Origin: a bacterium
Lineage (GTDB): Bacteria > UBA8248 > JACPRG01 > G963555815
Direction: 5' to 3'
DNA: 64,000 nucleotides
Assembly (NCBI GenBank): GCA_965218795.1
Contig: OZ244653.1
Span: forward strand, 2,656,001 to 2,720,000
In this document: piece by piece, positions 20,176 to 30,314 of the stretch
How positions within the stretch are numbered: the first letter of the stretch is position 1
Layout of the letters: every line of letters starts with the position of its first letter
Notes under the pieces: generated by a model
The model's database searches: none
What the model saw: the letters and a program-made list of their open reading frames with translations, nothing else
Told to the model about the DNA's origin: nothing
Made by a program: the position numbers and the translations under genes

Positions 20176-23097
20176 ATGTACGAGCTCTTCACCCTGGGCG
20201 GCGGGACCTATCTGGTCGACCTCCTGAACGCGGTCGCTGCGATCACCGGCGGCGGGGCCTTCGTGACCCTGGCCCGGATCGCGGGCATCGCCGGGCTCGC
20301 CTGGGCCCTGTTCCGCACCGCCTTCGGCGGCTCGTGGAAGGACAACGCCAAGTGGATCCTCCTCTTCGTCGCCGTCTGGGGCGCGATGATCGTGCCCAAG
20401 GCGACCGTCCGGGTGGTGGATCGACTCGACCCGGCGCTGGCGCCCGCGGTCATCGACAACGTCCCGCTCGGCCTGGCCCTCTTCGCCTCCCTGACGAGCC
20501 AGGTGGGTGACGGCCTGACACGGCTGACCGAACAGGCCTTCTCCCTTCCGGACGACCTGACCTACCGCCGCCACGGCCTGATCTTCGGCGCGAGGCTCGC
20601 GGCCGCCGCGACCCGCATGGAGGTGACCGACACGGTGTTCGCGCGGAACCTCCGGGCCTATGCGAGGCAATGCGTGTTCCACGCCCTGCTCCTGGGCCAC
20701 GTCTCGGCCGACGACCTGCGGGAGAGCACGGATATCTGGCGGCTCGTCACGTCCACGGGCACGCCCTCGGCCGGGGCTTCGCCCGCGCGCATGGTCGAAT
20801 ACGCGACCCGGGGGGCGCCGTCCGGAACGGGAGCCACGCCCATCGATCGCGAGATCGTCACCTGCGCCGACGCGGCCTCGCGGCTCGACGCGCTCTGGGG
20901 GGCCGAGATCGCGAGGGCGTCCGGCATCTTCGGACAAAGGATCTTCCCCGGTGCGGCGACCGAGGCCCTGGCCCGGGCCGAGCTCATGGCCGCGCTGCCC
21001 GTGGCCCACGACTACCTGATCGGCGCCTCCAGGACCGCGGCCGAGATCCTGCGCCAGCAGATGGTCCTCAACGCCCTCCACGGCGCGGGCGAGCAATGGG
21101 CCGCGGAGGCCGGGAACGCCGCCGCCCTCAGGGCCTATACCGAGGCCCGGGCCGAGGCCCAGACCGTCTCGGCCTACCGGGCCATCGGAAGGCAGGCCGA
21201 GACCTGGGTCCCCATGCTGCGCATCGTCTTCGAGTGCCTCTACGTGGGCGCCTTCCCCATGGCCGCGCTGCTCATGCTCACCCCCGCGGGCCACGGGATC
21301 TTCCGGTCCTACTTCGCCGGGATCGTCTGGATCCAGAGCTGGGGGCCGCTCTACGCGATCCTCCACCGCATCTCCATGGGCGAGGCCGCCGAGCGCATGA
21401 GCGCGGGCGCGCTGATGCCGGGCGGCGAGAGCGGCGTGTCGCTCGTGGCCCAGGCCGGGATCCGGGCCGTGGCCTCCGACGTGGCCGTGATGTCGGGCTA
21501 CCTCTCGATGTCGGTGCCCTTCCTCGCCGCCGCCCTGGCCTACGGGGTGGGCAAGGCGACCATGCTCGCCACCTCGGTGCTCGCGGTCGGCCAGGACGCG
21601 GCCTCCTCGGCGGCTCACGAGGGCACGACGGGCAACATCTCCCTCGCCAACACCCAGGCCGACGTCCACCGCTTCGCAACGCTCGAGGGCCGGCAGCTCC
21701 GCACCTCCATGCACGTCGATACGGACCGCTATACCGGGTTCGCTCCCGAGGGCGCGGCCTTCACCGTGACCGGAGACGGAAGCGCGGTCATGGACGCCGG
21801 CTCCGCCACCAGCCGGATCCCGGCGGCGGGCGTCCGGCTCTCCGAATCCCTTGCGGTCAGCCACGAGTCCCGGGCAGGCGCGGCCCGGGAGCAGGCCCGG
21901 CACTGGTCGGCCGAGGCCGGCTTGGCCCGGACGGCGGCCGCAACCGATTCGGCGGCCATGGTCGAGCGGCTCTCCCGGGACGTGAGTACGGGCCTCGCGC
22001 ATTCGAGGGGCGTGACGGAAAGCGAGAGCACGCAGGTCCAGGCGCTGGAGAGCCACATGAAACGCCTCTCCGAGGCGGGCGGGATCTCGAAGGAGGAGGC
22101 GGCCGTTCTCACGGGCGAGGCCAGGGTCGGCGGGGGCTTCGACTTCATCGTGAAGTTCGGCGCCGACGGTTCGGCGAGCTGGCGGGGCCAGACCTTCGAA
22201 CGGAAAGCCTGGAACCGGATGACCGACTATGCCGAGCAGAACCAGATGCTCGATCTCTGGTCCCGGGTCGCCGATGCCTCCAGACGCTACTCCGCTTCCT
22301 CGGGCGAGAGCGAGCTCAAGAGCCTGGAGGAGAGCCTTGGCGCCAACCTGACGCGGATGCGCCGCTTCGGCGAGCAGGAGACGCTGAGCCACCGGGAAGC
22401 CGAGAGCTGGAGCTCTCAGGCGGCCGAGGTGCGAAGCCAATCCCAGGCCGTCGACCGGGAGCTGGGCCAGCCCTTCTTCGCCTGGCTGACCGCCCGGCCT
22501 GGCGCCGACGGGCGCGAGATCGGCGTGGCCGGCGCCATGCGCCTCGCCTCGCCCCAGACCCCGGAGGACGCCGAAGAGCTGCGCGCGCACGCCGCGGCCT
22601 TCATCGCGGAGCGCTTCCCCACGCCAGAGGGACCTGACCCGGCCTCGGTCCCGGGGCTGGCGGATTACGAGCGGACGCGCGACGGGCTGCGGGAGTCGCA
22701 CGCGGGCGAGACCGAGGCGGCCTGGGGCGGCTGGTCGGACGCGGTGCGCGACCGGGGACGCAGGGCCGGGACGCCCGGGTCGGGCAAGGTCGAGACCCGG
22801 GCAAGGCGCGGGCGCGCCGAGACCGAGACCGCCCTGAGGGCCCGGGAGAAGGGACGTGAGGAGCGGACCAAGGGCGTGAAGGAAGAGTTGGCACAGGGCC
22901 GTGAGGGCGTACAGGCCGAGCTCGCCAAACCTTTTCAGGAGCACGCCGCGAAGGAGGCGCCGTTCATCGGCGAGTGGCTCGCGGGAAAACTCTACGGAAC
23001 GGCCAGGAACGCGGCGCCGGACCGGGGGAAGAAGGGTGAGAAGGACGACCGCGGACGCGACGGTCCCTTCTACGGGGACCAGGTGCTGGGGCCATGA
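20176..23097 (+). CDS. traG: TraG (F-type)
   Basis: ELFTLGGG..LNAVA, DNVPLGLA, WIQSWGPLYAILH, MSVPFLA. Confidence 0.93.
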   Translation: MYELFTLGGGTYLVDLLNAVAAITGGGAFVTLARIAGIAGLAWALFRTAFGGSWKDNAKWILLFVAVWGAMIVPKATVRVVDRLDPALAPAVIDNVPLGLALFASLTSQVGDGLTRLTEQAFSLPDDLTYRRHGLIFGARLAAAATRMEVTDTVFARNLRAYARQCVFHALLLGHVSADDLRESTDIWRLVTSTGTPSAGASPARMVEYATRGAPSGTGATPIDREIVTCADAASRLDALWGAEIARASGIFGQRIFPGAATEALARAELMAALPVAHDYLIGASRTAAEILRQQMVLNALHGAGEQWAAEAGNAAALRAYTEARAEAQTVSAYRAIGRQAETWVPMLRIVFECLYVGAFPMAALLMLTPAGHGIFRSYFAGIVWIQSWGPLYAILHRISMGEAAERMSAGALMPGGESGVSLVAQAGIRAVASDVAVMSGYLSMSVPFLAAALAYGVGKATMLATSVLAVGQDAASSAAHEGTTGNISLANTQADVHRFATLEGRQLRTSMHVDTDRYTGFAPEGAAFTVTGDGSAVMDAGSATSRIPAAGVRLSESLAVSHESRAGAAREQARHWSAEAGLARTAAATDSAAMVERLSRDVSTGLAHSRGVTESESTQVQALESHMKRLSEAGGISKEEAAVLTGEARVGGGFDFIVKFGADGSASWRGQTFERKAWNRMTDYAEQNQMLDLWSRVADASRRYSASSGESELKSLEESLGANLTRMRRFGEQETLSHREAESWSSQAAEVRSQSQAVDRELGQPFFAWLTARPGADGREIGVAGAMRLASPQTPEDAEELRAHAAAFIAERFPTPEGPDPASVPGLADYERTRDGLRESHAGETEAAWGGWSDAVRDRGRRAGTPGSGKVETRARRGRAETETALRAREKGREERTKGVKEELAQGREGVQAELAKPFQEHAAKEAPFIGEWLAGKLYGTARNAAPDRGKKGEKDDRGRDGPFYGDQVLGP

Positions 23098-23438
23098 CCG
23101 CGAAGGGGATCGTGGTCGTGGAGATGTGGATCCTCGAGATCGCGGAGCCAGGCATAGCGGCCGGTCCGGGTCGACCAGTCGAACCGGTCACCGCCCTCTT
23201 CCGGGAGCCCGCAGCGGCCGAAGGCGGACCAGTCCCCATGGCGGAACCCCCGCCACAGGGTGCACGTGAGTCCGGCCAGAACGGTCCAGATCGCCGCCCA
23301 GAACCAGATGCCCCCCAGGAAGCGGACACCGGTCCCGGCGGCCACGGAAACGACGGTGACGGCAAGGGCGAGTGCGATCCCGCCGAGGACGAAGGCCCGG
23401 GCGCGCCAGCCGTTGGATGGGTCGGGTGGATTGGACAT
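23070..23438 (-). CDS. Small two-TM membrane protein convergent with traG; entry-exclusion (Eex/TraS-like) candidate
   Basis: Two hydrophobic helices; GGAGG upstream; position matches eex in SXT/R391-type elements. Confidence 0.5.
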   Translation of the reverse strand: MSNPPDPSNGWRARAFVLGGIALALAVTVVSVAAGTGVRFLGGIWFWAAIWTVLAGLTCTLWRGFRHGDWSAFGRCGLPEEGGDRFDWSTRTGRYAWLRDLEDPHLHDHDPLRGHGPSTWSP

Positions 23439-23604
23439 GGGTGGTTCCTCCGGGGTTGCGGTTCAAGACATCGCGGGCGCCAGCCTCTCCGGCCCCGGCG
23501 TCCCGCGCCCTTGACCCCGCCTTCCTCGGCCTCCCGCCCGGCGCATCGCAACACAACGGCGCCAAGACCGCCGCTATCCACATAACCTCGAACGGGAGGA
23601 CCCG

Positions 23605-25674
23605 ATGATGTTCGGCAACGCAACGCTCAGGGGCGGCCAGACCCTGGTCCACGACGTCCACATGTGGGGCCAGCTGGTCCGCTGGGGGCTTTTCGGCATC
23701 GTCCTGACGGTGGTCCTGGTCCCCGCCGTGGCCCTGTTCCGCACCACAACCGCCCATGAATGGCGCCTCGTCGGAACGGGCACCCTCGCCCAGGTCAAGC
23801 TCGCCCTCGGGTATCCCCGCCATTCCCTCCAGACGTACGAGTGGCGGGAGGGCCAAAAAACGGCCCTGAGAATCGTGGATATCGCCCAGGACCCCAGGAT
23901 CGAAAGGATCCGGAAACGCATGCTCCATACGGTCTACGCCAAGGCGTGGCTCGGCCTCTGGATCGGAGTGGGGGGCATGGTCCTGTGTACGGTCCTGTTC
24001 TCTGTCCTGGGAAGACGCCTGGACCGCGCACAACGGGTCCGCGGCGCGGAGATGGCCACGGCCCGGGAGTTGAGAAGGCGCGTGCAGCCCGTGTCCGCGC
24101 GCCTGGCCGAGGCCCTGTTCCCCGCCGCGCGCCGGGCCTCGTGCCGCATCGCCGGGATCCCCTGGCCCAGGCGCGCCGAGACCCAGCACACCATCGTCTC
24201 CGGCACCACCGGCTCGGGCAAGACCGTGCTGATCTCCGACCTCGTCGCCCGGCTCCGCGCCCGGGGCGAGCGCTGCATCCTCTACGACAAGATGGGGAGC
24301 TATACCCGCTCCTTTTTCGATCCCGCCCGCGACGTGCTGATGAACCCCCTCGATGCCCGGGCCCCCCGCTGGTCGCCCTTCTTCGAGGCCAGGACCCCCC
24401 GGGACTTCGACATGATGGCGGCAGCCCTCATCCCCCAGCAGAAGGACACGGTGGACCCCTTCTGGGTCACGGCCGCCAGGCAGCTGTTCTCAAACGGCGC
24501 GGGCGTGCTCTGGAAGCAGGGGGTCACCGAGAACCGGGTGCTGGTCGACCACCTCCTCAAGACCGACCTGACGGCCCTGGCCCAGGCCATGGAGGGCACG
24601 GTGGCCCAGTCCATCGTGGACCCCGAAAACCCCAAGACCGCCCTTTCGGTGCGGGCCATGCTCACCGCGCACCTGGGAGCGCTCGAGTTCCTGCCCGATA
24701 CGGGAGAGCCCTTCTCGATCCGGGACTGGGTGGGCCAAGAGGACGGGACCGGGTTCCTGTTCCTGACCTCCAGGGGCGACCAGCACGCGAGCCTGAGAGG
24801 GCTCATCTCCACCTGGCTCGAGATCGCGGTGAACGCGCTCCTTTCCCTCCATCAGGATGATGCGCGCAGAGTCTGGGTGGTCCTGGACGAGCTGCCCACC
24901 CTCCACCAGGTGCCGAGCCTCCAGCCCGGGCTGGCCGAGTCCCGCCAGTTCGGCGGGTGCTTCGTGCTCGGGATCCAGGTGATCTCGGCCCTGCGCGACC
25001 TGTACGGAAAGAACGGGGCGGAGACCATCTCCGGGCTGTGCGGCACCCGGGTGGTCCTGGCCACGCCCGACCAGGAGACGGCCCGATGGTCGGCCGAGAG
25101 CCTGGGGCGGGGCGAGGTCGAGGAATACTCTCACGGCATGAGCTACGGGGCCAGCGTGCTGCGGGACGGGGTCTCGCTGACCCAGCGCCGGGAGATGCGC
25201 CCCCTGGCCCTGCCGTCGGAGATCATGCGGCTCGAGAACCTGCAGGGGTATCTGAAGTTCCCCGGACCCTGGCCCGTTGCCCGGATCGGGCTGGACTACG
25301 TCAAGAGGCCCAAGGCGGCCGAACGGTTCATGCCCAGGGAGGAGGGCCAAGGCACTGCAGCCCCGCCGCCGGAAACTGCCATCGAATCCCGGCAAGGGAA
25401 CCTCGAGCTCAAGCATCCCCAGGGTTCCAGATCGGGGACGCGGGAACGGGTCGAGGCGACGGAATCCGGGCAGGCCGCAGCGACCCTCAGTGAAGAATCC
25501 GCGAGGCAGCCTCACAAGCGATCCGAAAAGGACGAAACGGGTGCGGCCGACGGCGATGGGACCGACACCGAAGGCGGCTTGGCCCTTTCGCTTCCGGACA
25601 AGAGCGGGAACAGTACACCCAAGTGCGTTGAGCGAGACCGGAAGCCGCATCAGGGCCAATTGAGGCGCATCTGA
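23605..25674 (+). CDS. traD: Type IV coupling protein TraD
   Basis: LRGGQ N-terminus, two TMs, SGTTGSGKT, VVLDELPTL, ESRQFGGCFVLGIQ. Confidence 0.95.
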   Translation: MMFGNATLRGGQTLVHDVHMWGQLVRWGLFGIVLTVVLVPAVALFRTTTAHEWRLVGTGTLAQVKLALGYPRHSLQTYEWREGQKTALRIVDIAQDPRIERIRKRMLHTVYAKAWLGLWIGVGGMVLCTVLFSVLGRRLDRAQRVRGAEMATARELRRRVQPVSARLAEALFPAARRASCRIAGIPWPRRAETQHTIVSGTTGSGKTVLISDLVARLRARGERCILYDKMGSYTRSFFDPARDVLMNPLDARAPRWSPFFEARTPRDFDMMAAALIPQQKDTVDPFWVTAARQLFSNGAGVLWKQGVTENRVLVDHLLKTDLTALAQAMEGTVAQSIVDPENPKTALSVRAMLTAHLGALEFLPDTGEPFSIRDWVGQEDGTGFLFLTSRGDQHASLRGLISTWLEIAVNALLSLHQDDARRVWVVLDELPTLHQVPSLQPGLAESRQFGGCFVLGIQVISALRDLYGKNGAETISGLCGTRVVLATPDQETARWSAESLGRGEVEEYSHGMSYGASVLRDGVSLTQRREMRPLALPSEIMRLENLQGYLKFPGPWPVARIGLDYVKRPKAAERFMPREEGQGTAAPPPETAIESRQGNLELKHPQGSRSGTRERVEATESGQAAATLSEESARQPHKRSEKDETGAADGDGTDTEGGLALSLPDKSGNSTPKCVERDRKPHQGQLRRI

Positions 25675-25675
25675 C

Positions 25676-28600
25676 ATGGTCGTCTCGATCGGGGCCGTCG
25701 CCTCGGCCTCCCAGGGCGTCTTCTATTACGAAAGGGACGGCTACTACGCGAAGGACGATCCGGCCCACAGGGAAGCGAGCGCCTGGGCGGGCAAGGGCGC
25801 GGAGGACCTCGGCCTCTCCGGCCCGGTCGATCCGGACCTCTTCAAGGCGGTGCTGGAAGGCAAGGTACTCGACGGGACCGGACGGCAACTCGGACGCGGG
25901 GGACCCGATGGGGCCCTGCAGCACCGGCCCGGGCGCGACCTGACCTTCTCGGCCCCCAAATCCGTCTCGCTGGCGGCGCTGATCGGCGGCGACGGGCGCG
26001 TGGTCGACGCCCACGACCGGGCGGTCAAGCGCTCGCTGGCCTGGATCGAGGGCAACGCCGCCGAGACCCGGTTGAAGGACCCGGAGACCAGCCGCATGGT
26101 CCGGGCCGGGGACCAGAAGACGGTGGCCGCGACCTTCCGGCACGACGCCTCGCGCAATCTCGATCCCCAGCTCCACACCCACGCGGTCCTCGCCAACATG
26201 GTCCAGGGCGGGGACGGCAAGTGGCGGACCATGGCCAACGAGGCGCTCTACCGCCGCCAGAAGCTGATCGGCATGGTCTACCGGAGCGAGCTCGCGCGGG
26301 AGTTGGGCAAGCTCGGTTACGGGATCGAGAAGACCCATGCCGACGGGCGCTTCGAGATCGCCGGGGTCCCGAGGAAGGTCATCGAGGCGTTCTCGACCCG
26401 GCGGGCGGAGATCGAGGCGGCGGTGGCGGAGCGCGGGGCCGAGGGCACGGCCGACAACCAGCGCCTCGCCGAGCGCGCGGCGCTGATGACACGGGCCCAC
26501 AAGCGCGAGGTCGACAAGGCGGCGCTCAGGGCAAGCTGGGAGAAGCAGACCGCCGGGCTGGGGTTCGACGCGCGAACGCTCGCCGCCGAGGCCGCGGCGA
26601 GGGAAGCCGGCAGGGACGCGGCCAGGGACTCCGGCCGGGAGAACGCTCCCGCGCGGGATGTCGATCCCGCTTCGGCGGATGCCGTCGGGTCTCCCGCCGC
26701 CATCGCGGAAACCGACCCGGCGCGGCGGGAACCGGCAACGAAGGAGCCGGCGGCCGAGGCCGCGGAATGGGCGGTGGCGCATCTCGCCGAGCGCGAGGCC
26801 GTGTTCTCGCGCGCCGATCTGCTCGCCGCCGCGCTGGCCTGGATGCCCGGCGCGGTATCCGTTGAGGCCGCGGAAAAAGCCGTCGGCGCCCTCGAAGGCC
26901 AGGGACGGCTCCATTGCGCCCCGGCGCTCATGGGCGGCGACGGCATGACCACCGATAAGGCGCTCACCCGCGAGCGCGAGACCATCGCCCTGATGCGGGG
27001 CGAACAGGACAGAAGCCCGGTGGTGATGCGAAGCTGGATGGCGAGCGCGCGGCTGCACAAGGGACCGCTCACCGAGGGGCAGAAGCAGGCCGTCAAGCTG
27101 ATCCTGTCTTCGAAGGACCGCGTCGTCGGCGTGCAGGGCTATGCCGGCACCGGCAAGACCACCATGCTGCGGCGCGCCAACGCCCTTGCCGGCAAGAACG
27201 GCTACCGCATGATGGGACTGGCCCCCTCGGCCTCGGCGGTCAAGACGCTGGCGACCGAAGCCGGGATCGAAAGCGAGACGTTGCAATTGTTCCTCGCGCG
27301 GAACGCCGGCATCGCCGAGGGCCGTCTTACGGCCAGGAGCGCGCGGGAGATGCGCGCCGCCTGGCGGAATACCGTGCTGGTGGTGGACGAGGGCTCACTC
27401 GCCTCCACCGTCCAGGCCCGCGACCTCCTGAGGATCGCTAACGTATTGCGCCTTCCCCGCGTGGTCCTGGTCGGCGACGAGAAGCAGCTCGACGCGGTCG
27501 ACGCCGGTAAACCCTTTGCGCAGTTGCAGCGGGCAGGGATGAAGACGGCGGTGATGGACGAGATCCTGCGCCAGCGCGACCCCGAGCTGAAGGCGGCCGT
27601 GGAGGCGAGCCTCGCCGGCGAGATCGGCAGGGCCTTCGAGAAGCTCGGCCCCAACGTGGCCGAGGTCCAGGCCGACAACATCGCGGGCGCGGTGGCGGCG
27701 CGCTGGCTCAAGCTGTCCCCCGAGGCGAGAGAGAACACCGGCGTCATGGCGCCGAGCCATGAGCTTCGCCGGGAGATCAACGGCCATATCCGGGAGCGCC
27801 TCGCGCGCGACGGCAGGATCCACGGCCCCGCCTTCACGGGCGAGCGGCTGGTCTCCCACGGCTACACGAACGCCGAGAAATCGCTCGCGGCCAACTACGC
27901 CGAGGGCGATATCGTCGCCTTCCATCGCCCCTACAAGACCCTGGGGGTCGACAAGGGCGACGAGCGCCGGGTTGCCGGCGTGGATCACAAGAGCCATACG
28001 GTGATACTCGAAGGCGGGGACGGCGCTACCGTTCCCTGGAAGCCGGGCCGGATCGCCGGGCGGTCCGGCGGCGTCGAGGTTTACCGCGCCGAGGGCATCG
28101 AGCTTCGCGCCGGGGAGCGCATCCGCTGGACCCGCAACGACAAGGGCCTCGGCCTCGTCAACAGCCGCACCGCCGAGGTCGCGAGCGTGAAGGACGGCCG
28201 TGTGACCTTCCGTCTGGAGGACGGGCGCATGCTCGACATGAAGGCGGGCGATCCCCAATTGCGCCATCTCGACCACGCCTGGGCCTCGACCGTGCATGCC
28301 TTTCAGGGGCGGACGGTGGACAACGTGATCGCGGCGATGGAGGCCAATCACCCCCACCTCACCACGCAGAAGAGCTTCTATGTGGAGATCAGCCGCGCCC
28401 GCGACCGGGCCGAGTTGGTGACGGACGATGCGGCGCGACTGCGCGAGCAACTCGAAACCGCGACGGGCGAGCGGGTCTCGGCGCTGGAGGGGATCGGAGA
28501 GGCGGCGCGGGACGAGCGGACAAAGGGCATGGAAGCCGATGCGAAAGCGGGACGGACGGCGGCGCGGGAGACAGAAGCCACCCGGGATACGGACCGAGGC

Positions 28601-28702
28601 GGGAGCGAGGCGGCCGGGAAAGAGACCGAGCCGGTCGTGAGGAACCGGGAGCCGGCTGCGCCGGACCGTGGGAAACGGGTCGAGATGGACTTGGGCCTTT
28701 GA
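25676..28702 (+). CDS. traI: MOBF relaxase-helicase (TraI/TrwC)
   Basis: FYYERDGYY tyrosines, DLTFSAPKSVS, HDASRNLDPQLHTH, FSTRR, QGYAGTGKTT, VVDEGS, HAFQGRT. Confidence 0.96.
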   Translation: MVVSIGAVASASQGVFYYERDGYYAKDDPAHREASAWAGKGAEDLGLSGPVDPDLFKAVLEGKVLDGTGRQLGRGGPDGALQHRPGRDLTFSAPKSVSLAALIGGDGRVVDAHDRAVKRSLAWIEGNAAETRLKDPETSRMVRAGDQKTVAATFRHDASRNLDPQLHTHAVLANMVQGGDGKWRTMANEALYRRQKLIGMVYRSELARELGKLGYGIEKTHADGRFEIAGVPRKVIEAFSTRRAEIEAAVAERGAEGTADNQRLAERAALMTRAHKREVDKAALRASWEKQTAGLGFDARTLAAEAAAREAGRDAARDSGRENAPARDVDPASADAVGSPAAIAETDPARREPATKEPAAEAAEWAVAHLAEREAVFSRADLLAAALAWMPGAVSVEAAEKAVGALEGQGRLHCAPALMGGDGMTTDKALTRERETIALMRGEQDRSPVVMRSWMASARLHKGPLTEGQKQAVKLILSSKDRVVGVQGYAGTGKTTMLRRANALAGKNGYRMMGLAPSASAVKTLATEAGIESETLQLFLARNAGIAEGRLTARSAREMRAAWRNTVLVVDEGSLASTVQARDLLRIANVLRLPRVVLVGDEKQLDAVDAGKPFAQLQRAGMKTAVMDEILRQRDPELKAAVEASLAGEIGRAFEKLGPNVAEVQADNIAGAVAARWLKLSPEARENTGVMAPSHELRREINGHIRERLARDGRIHGPAFTGERLVSHGYTNAEKSLAANYAEGDIVAFHRPYKTLGVDKGDERRVAGVDHKSHTVILEGGDGATVPWKPGRIAGRSGGVEVYRAEGIELRAGERIRWTRNDKGLGLVNSRTAEVASVKDGRVTFRLEDGRMLDMKAGDPQLRHLDHAWASTVHAFQGRTVDNVIAAMEANHPHLTTQKSFYVEISRARDRAELVTDDAARLREQLETATGERVSALEGIGEAARDERTKGMEADAKAGRTAARETEATRDTDRGGSEAAGKETEPVVRNREPAAPDRGKRVEMDLGL

Positions 28703-28992
28703 GAGCGAGGTCTGCGCTCGCTGAAGCCAGGATCAATCCAAAGGACGACAAGCTCGTCGAGGCCTTCGGCGCCATACACAACCGGCTGGGGACCGGGCTC
28801 CATCCGCCTCAGCCGCGCCGCAAAGGAGGCCGGGTGGCGGCCAGTCGGCTCGTTCTGCTCGCCAATCCATACGATCCGGGGGGCGGATGTGCTGGTGGTC
28901 GGGGCCTGAACACTGCGCTGGTGTGCGGGAAAGCCATGATGCCTGCGTTCGCGCTGATGGACAGATGCACCCCCACGTAGAACACGATACCG

Positions 28993-29053
28993 TTGTCAAC
29001 GAAATGGTTGACAAATATTCCGATGCGTGATTAGTTTCAACAGTATTGTTGAA
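28993..29053 (+). promoter_or_regulatory. Promoter flanked by two TCAAC-N6-GTTGA palindromes
   Basis: TTGTCAAC-N6-GTTGACAA at 28993-29014 (contains TTGACA 29008-29013); TTCAACA-N4-TGTTGAA at 29036-29053; AAGGA RBS before ATG 29067. Confidence 0.65.
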
Positions 29054-29066
29054 TAAAGGACAAGCC

Positions 29067-30314
29067 ATGAGATCATCCACCGGCCGCTGGGTGAGCGGCA
29101 ACGACTTTTTCGATCGCAAATCCGAACTGCGAATACTGGAAACACGGGTTCACGACCGCAACCACGTGTTGCTGACCGGACAGCGGCGCATGGGAAAGAC
29201 CAGCCTCGTCCGGGAGCTCGGGCGACGGCTCGAGGCCGAGGGCTGGATCTTCCTCTTCACGGATGTCGAGGGAGCGACCTGCCCGGAGGATGCGATCGCG
29301 GATATCGCGCAGGCCGTGCACCCGGTTCGCTCGATCGCGGCGCGTTTCGCCAGCGGGATGAAGCGGTGGTTGAACGACAACGTCGAGGAGGTCAGCGCAC
29401 TCGATTTTCGCGTGAAGATACGCGCCGGACTGAATGCCGGAAGCTGGCGGCGTCACGGGGAAAAGTTGCTCCGCGACTGCGCCGAGCATGACGAGCCGGT
29501 TCTCCTCGTCATCGACGAGCTTCCGATCTTCCTCAAGCGGATGCTTCGCCATGACGACGGCGACGCGCGACGGGTGGACGAGTTCCTGAGCTGGTTGCGC
29601 GGTGTTCTTCAGGCGCTCGGCGACGGCTCCCTAGTCCTCATCGTATCCGGCAGCATCGGGCTCGAACCCCTCGTGCGCAGGCTCGGCATACCCGACCGCA
29701 TCAACCATCTCTACTCCTATCGCCTGGGGCCGTGGAGCCGCGACGCCAGCGTCGCGTGTTTCACTCGTCTGGCGGAGAGTCATGGATTGCGGGTGGAGGA
29801 CGGTGTGGCGAACGCGGTGTACGAAGCGCTGGGCATCGGCATCCCCCATCACGTTCAGTCCTTCTTCGCGCGTCTGCGGGATTTCACCGCGATGCAGGGG
29901 CGGGACCGGGTAACGGTGGAGGATGTCGGCGAGGTCTATCGCAACGCGCTTCTGGGGCCTTCGGGACAGAACGACCTTGTTCACTATGAGACGCGCCTCA
30001 AGGAGGGTCTGGAAGACGAGAGCTACACCATTGCCATGGAGATCCTCGCCGAGGCGGCCACGCAGGAGACGTTCACGCCGGGTGCGAGGCGCTGTCTCGA
30101 ACGGTTGTATTCGGTTTTGGTGGACAATGCGCCCGGGTGCATCGCGGATGTGCTCGAAGTGCTGGTGCACGACGGCTATCTGGAAGCCGGCGAGGATGGC
30201 CATCGCTTCCCGTCGCGTTTGCTCAAGGACTGGTGGTCGGCGCGCTTCCGCGACCATCACACACCCCTCGAAAGCCGCCGTCTGGACGATGAATCGCCGG
30301 AGCGCATGGAATGA
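29067..30314 (+). CDS. AAA+/AP-type ATPase (STAND-like)
   Basis: FFDRKSEL, Walker A GQRRMGKTS, Walker B LLVIDE, GSIGL, GIPHHVQ. Confidence 0.85.
   Translation: MRSSTGRWVSGNDFFDRKSELRILETRVHDRNHVLLTGQRRMGKTSLVRELGRRLEAEGWIFLFTDVEGATCPEDAIADIAQAVHPVRSIAARFASGMKRWLNDNVEEVSALDFRVKIRAGLNAGSWRRHGEKLLRDCAEHDEPVLLVIDELPIFLKRMLRHDDGDARRVDEFLSWLRGVLQALGDGSLVLIVSGSIGLEPLVRRLGIPDRINHLYSYRLGPWSRDASVACFTRLAESHGLRVEDGVANAVYEALGIGIPHHVQSFFARLRDFTAMQGRDRVTVEDVGEVYRNALLGPSGQNDLVHYETRLKEGLEDESYTIAMEILAEAATQETFTPGARRCLERLYSVLVDNAPGCIADVLEVLVHDGYLEAGEDGHRFPSRLLKDWWSARFRDHHTPLESRRLDDESPERME

Noticed and set aside
20107-22944. 945-aa antisense ORF and similar long overlapping ORFs (e.g. 25487-27286, 53142-55133, 16467-18083)
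   Set aside because: Shadow frames of high-GC genes, with no motifs and biased composition.
29067-30314. QatA-equivalent for the QueC operon
   Set aside because: Not a KAP-type sequence by eye. It has its own promoter and is separated by a scar region, so a link is possible but unsupported.
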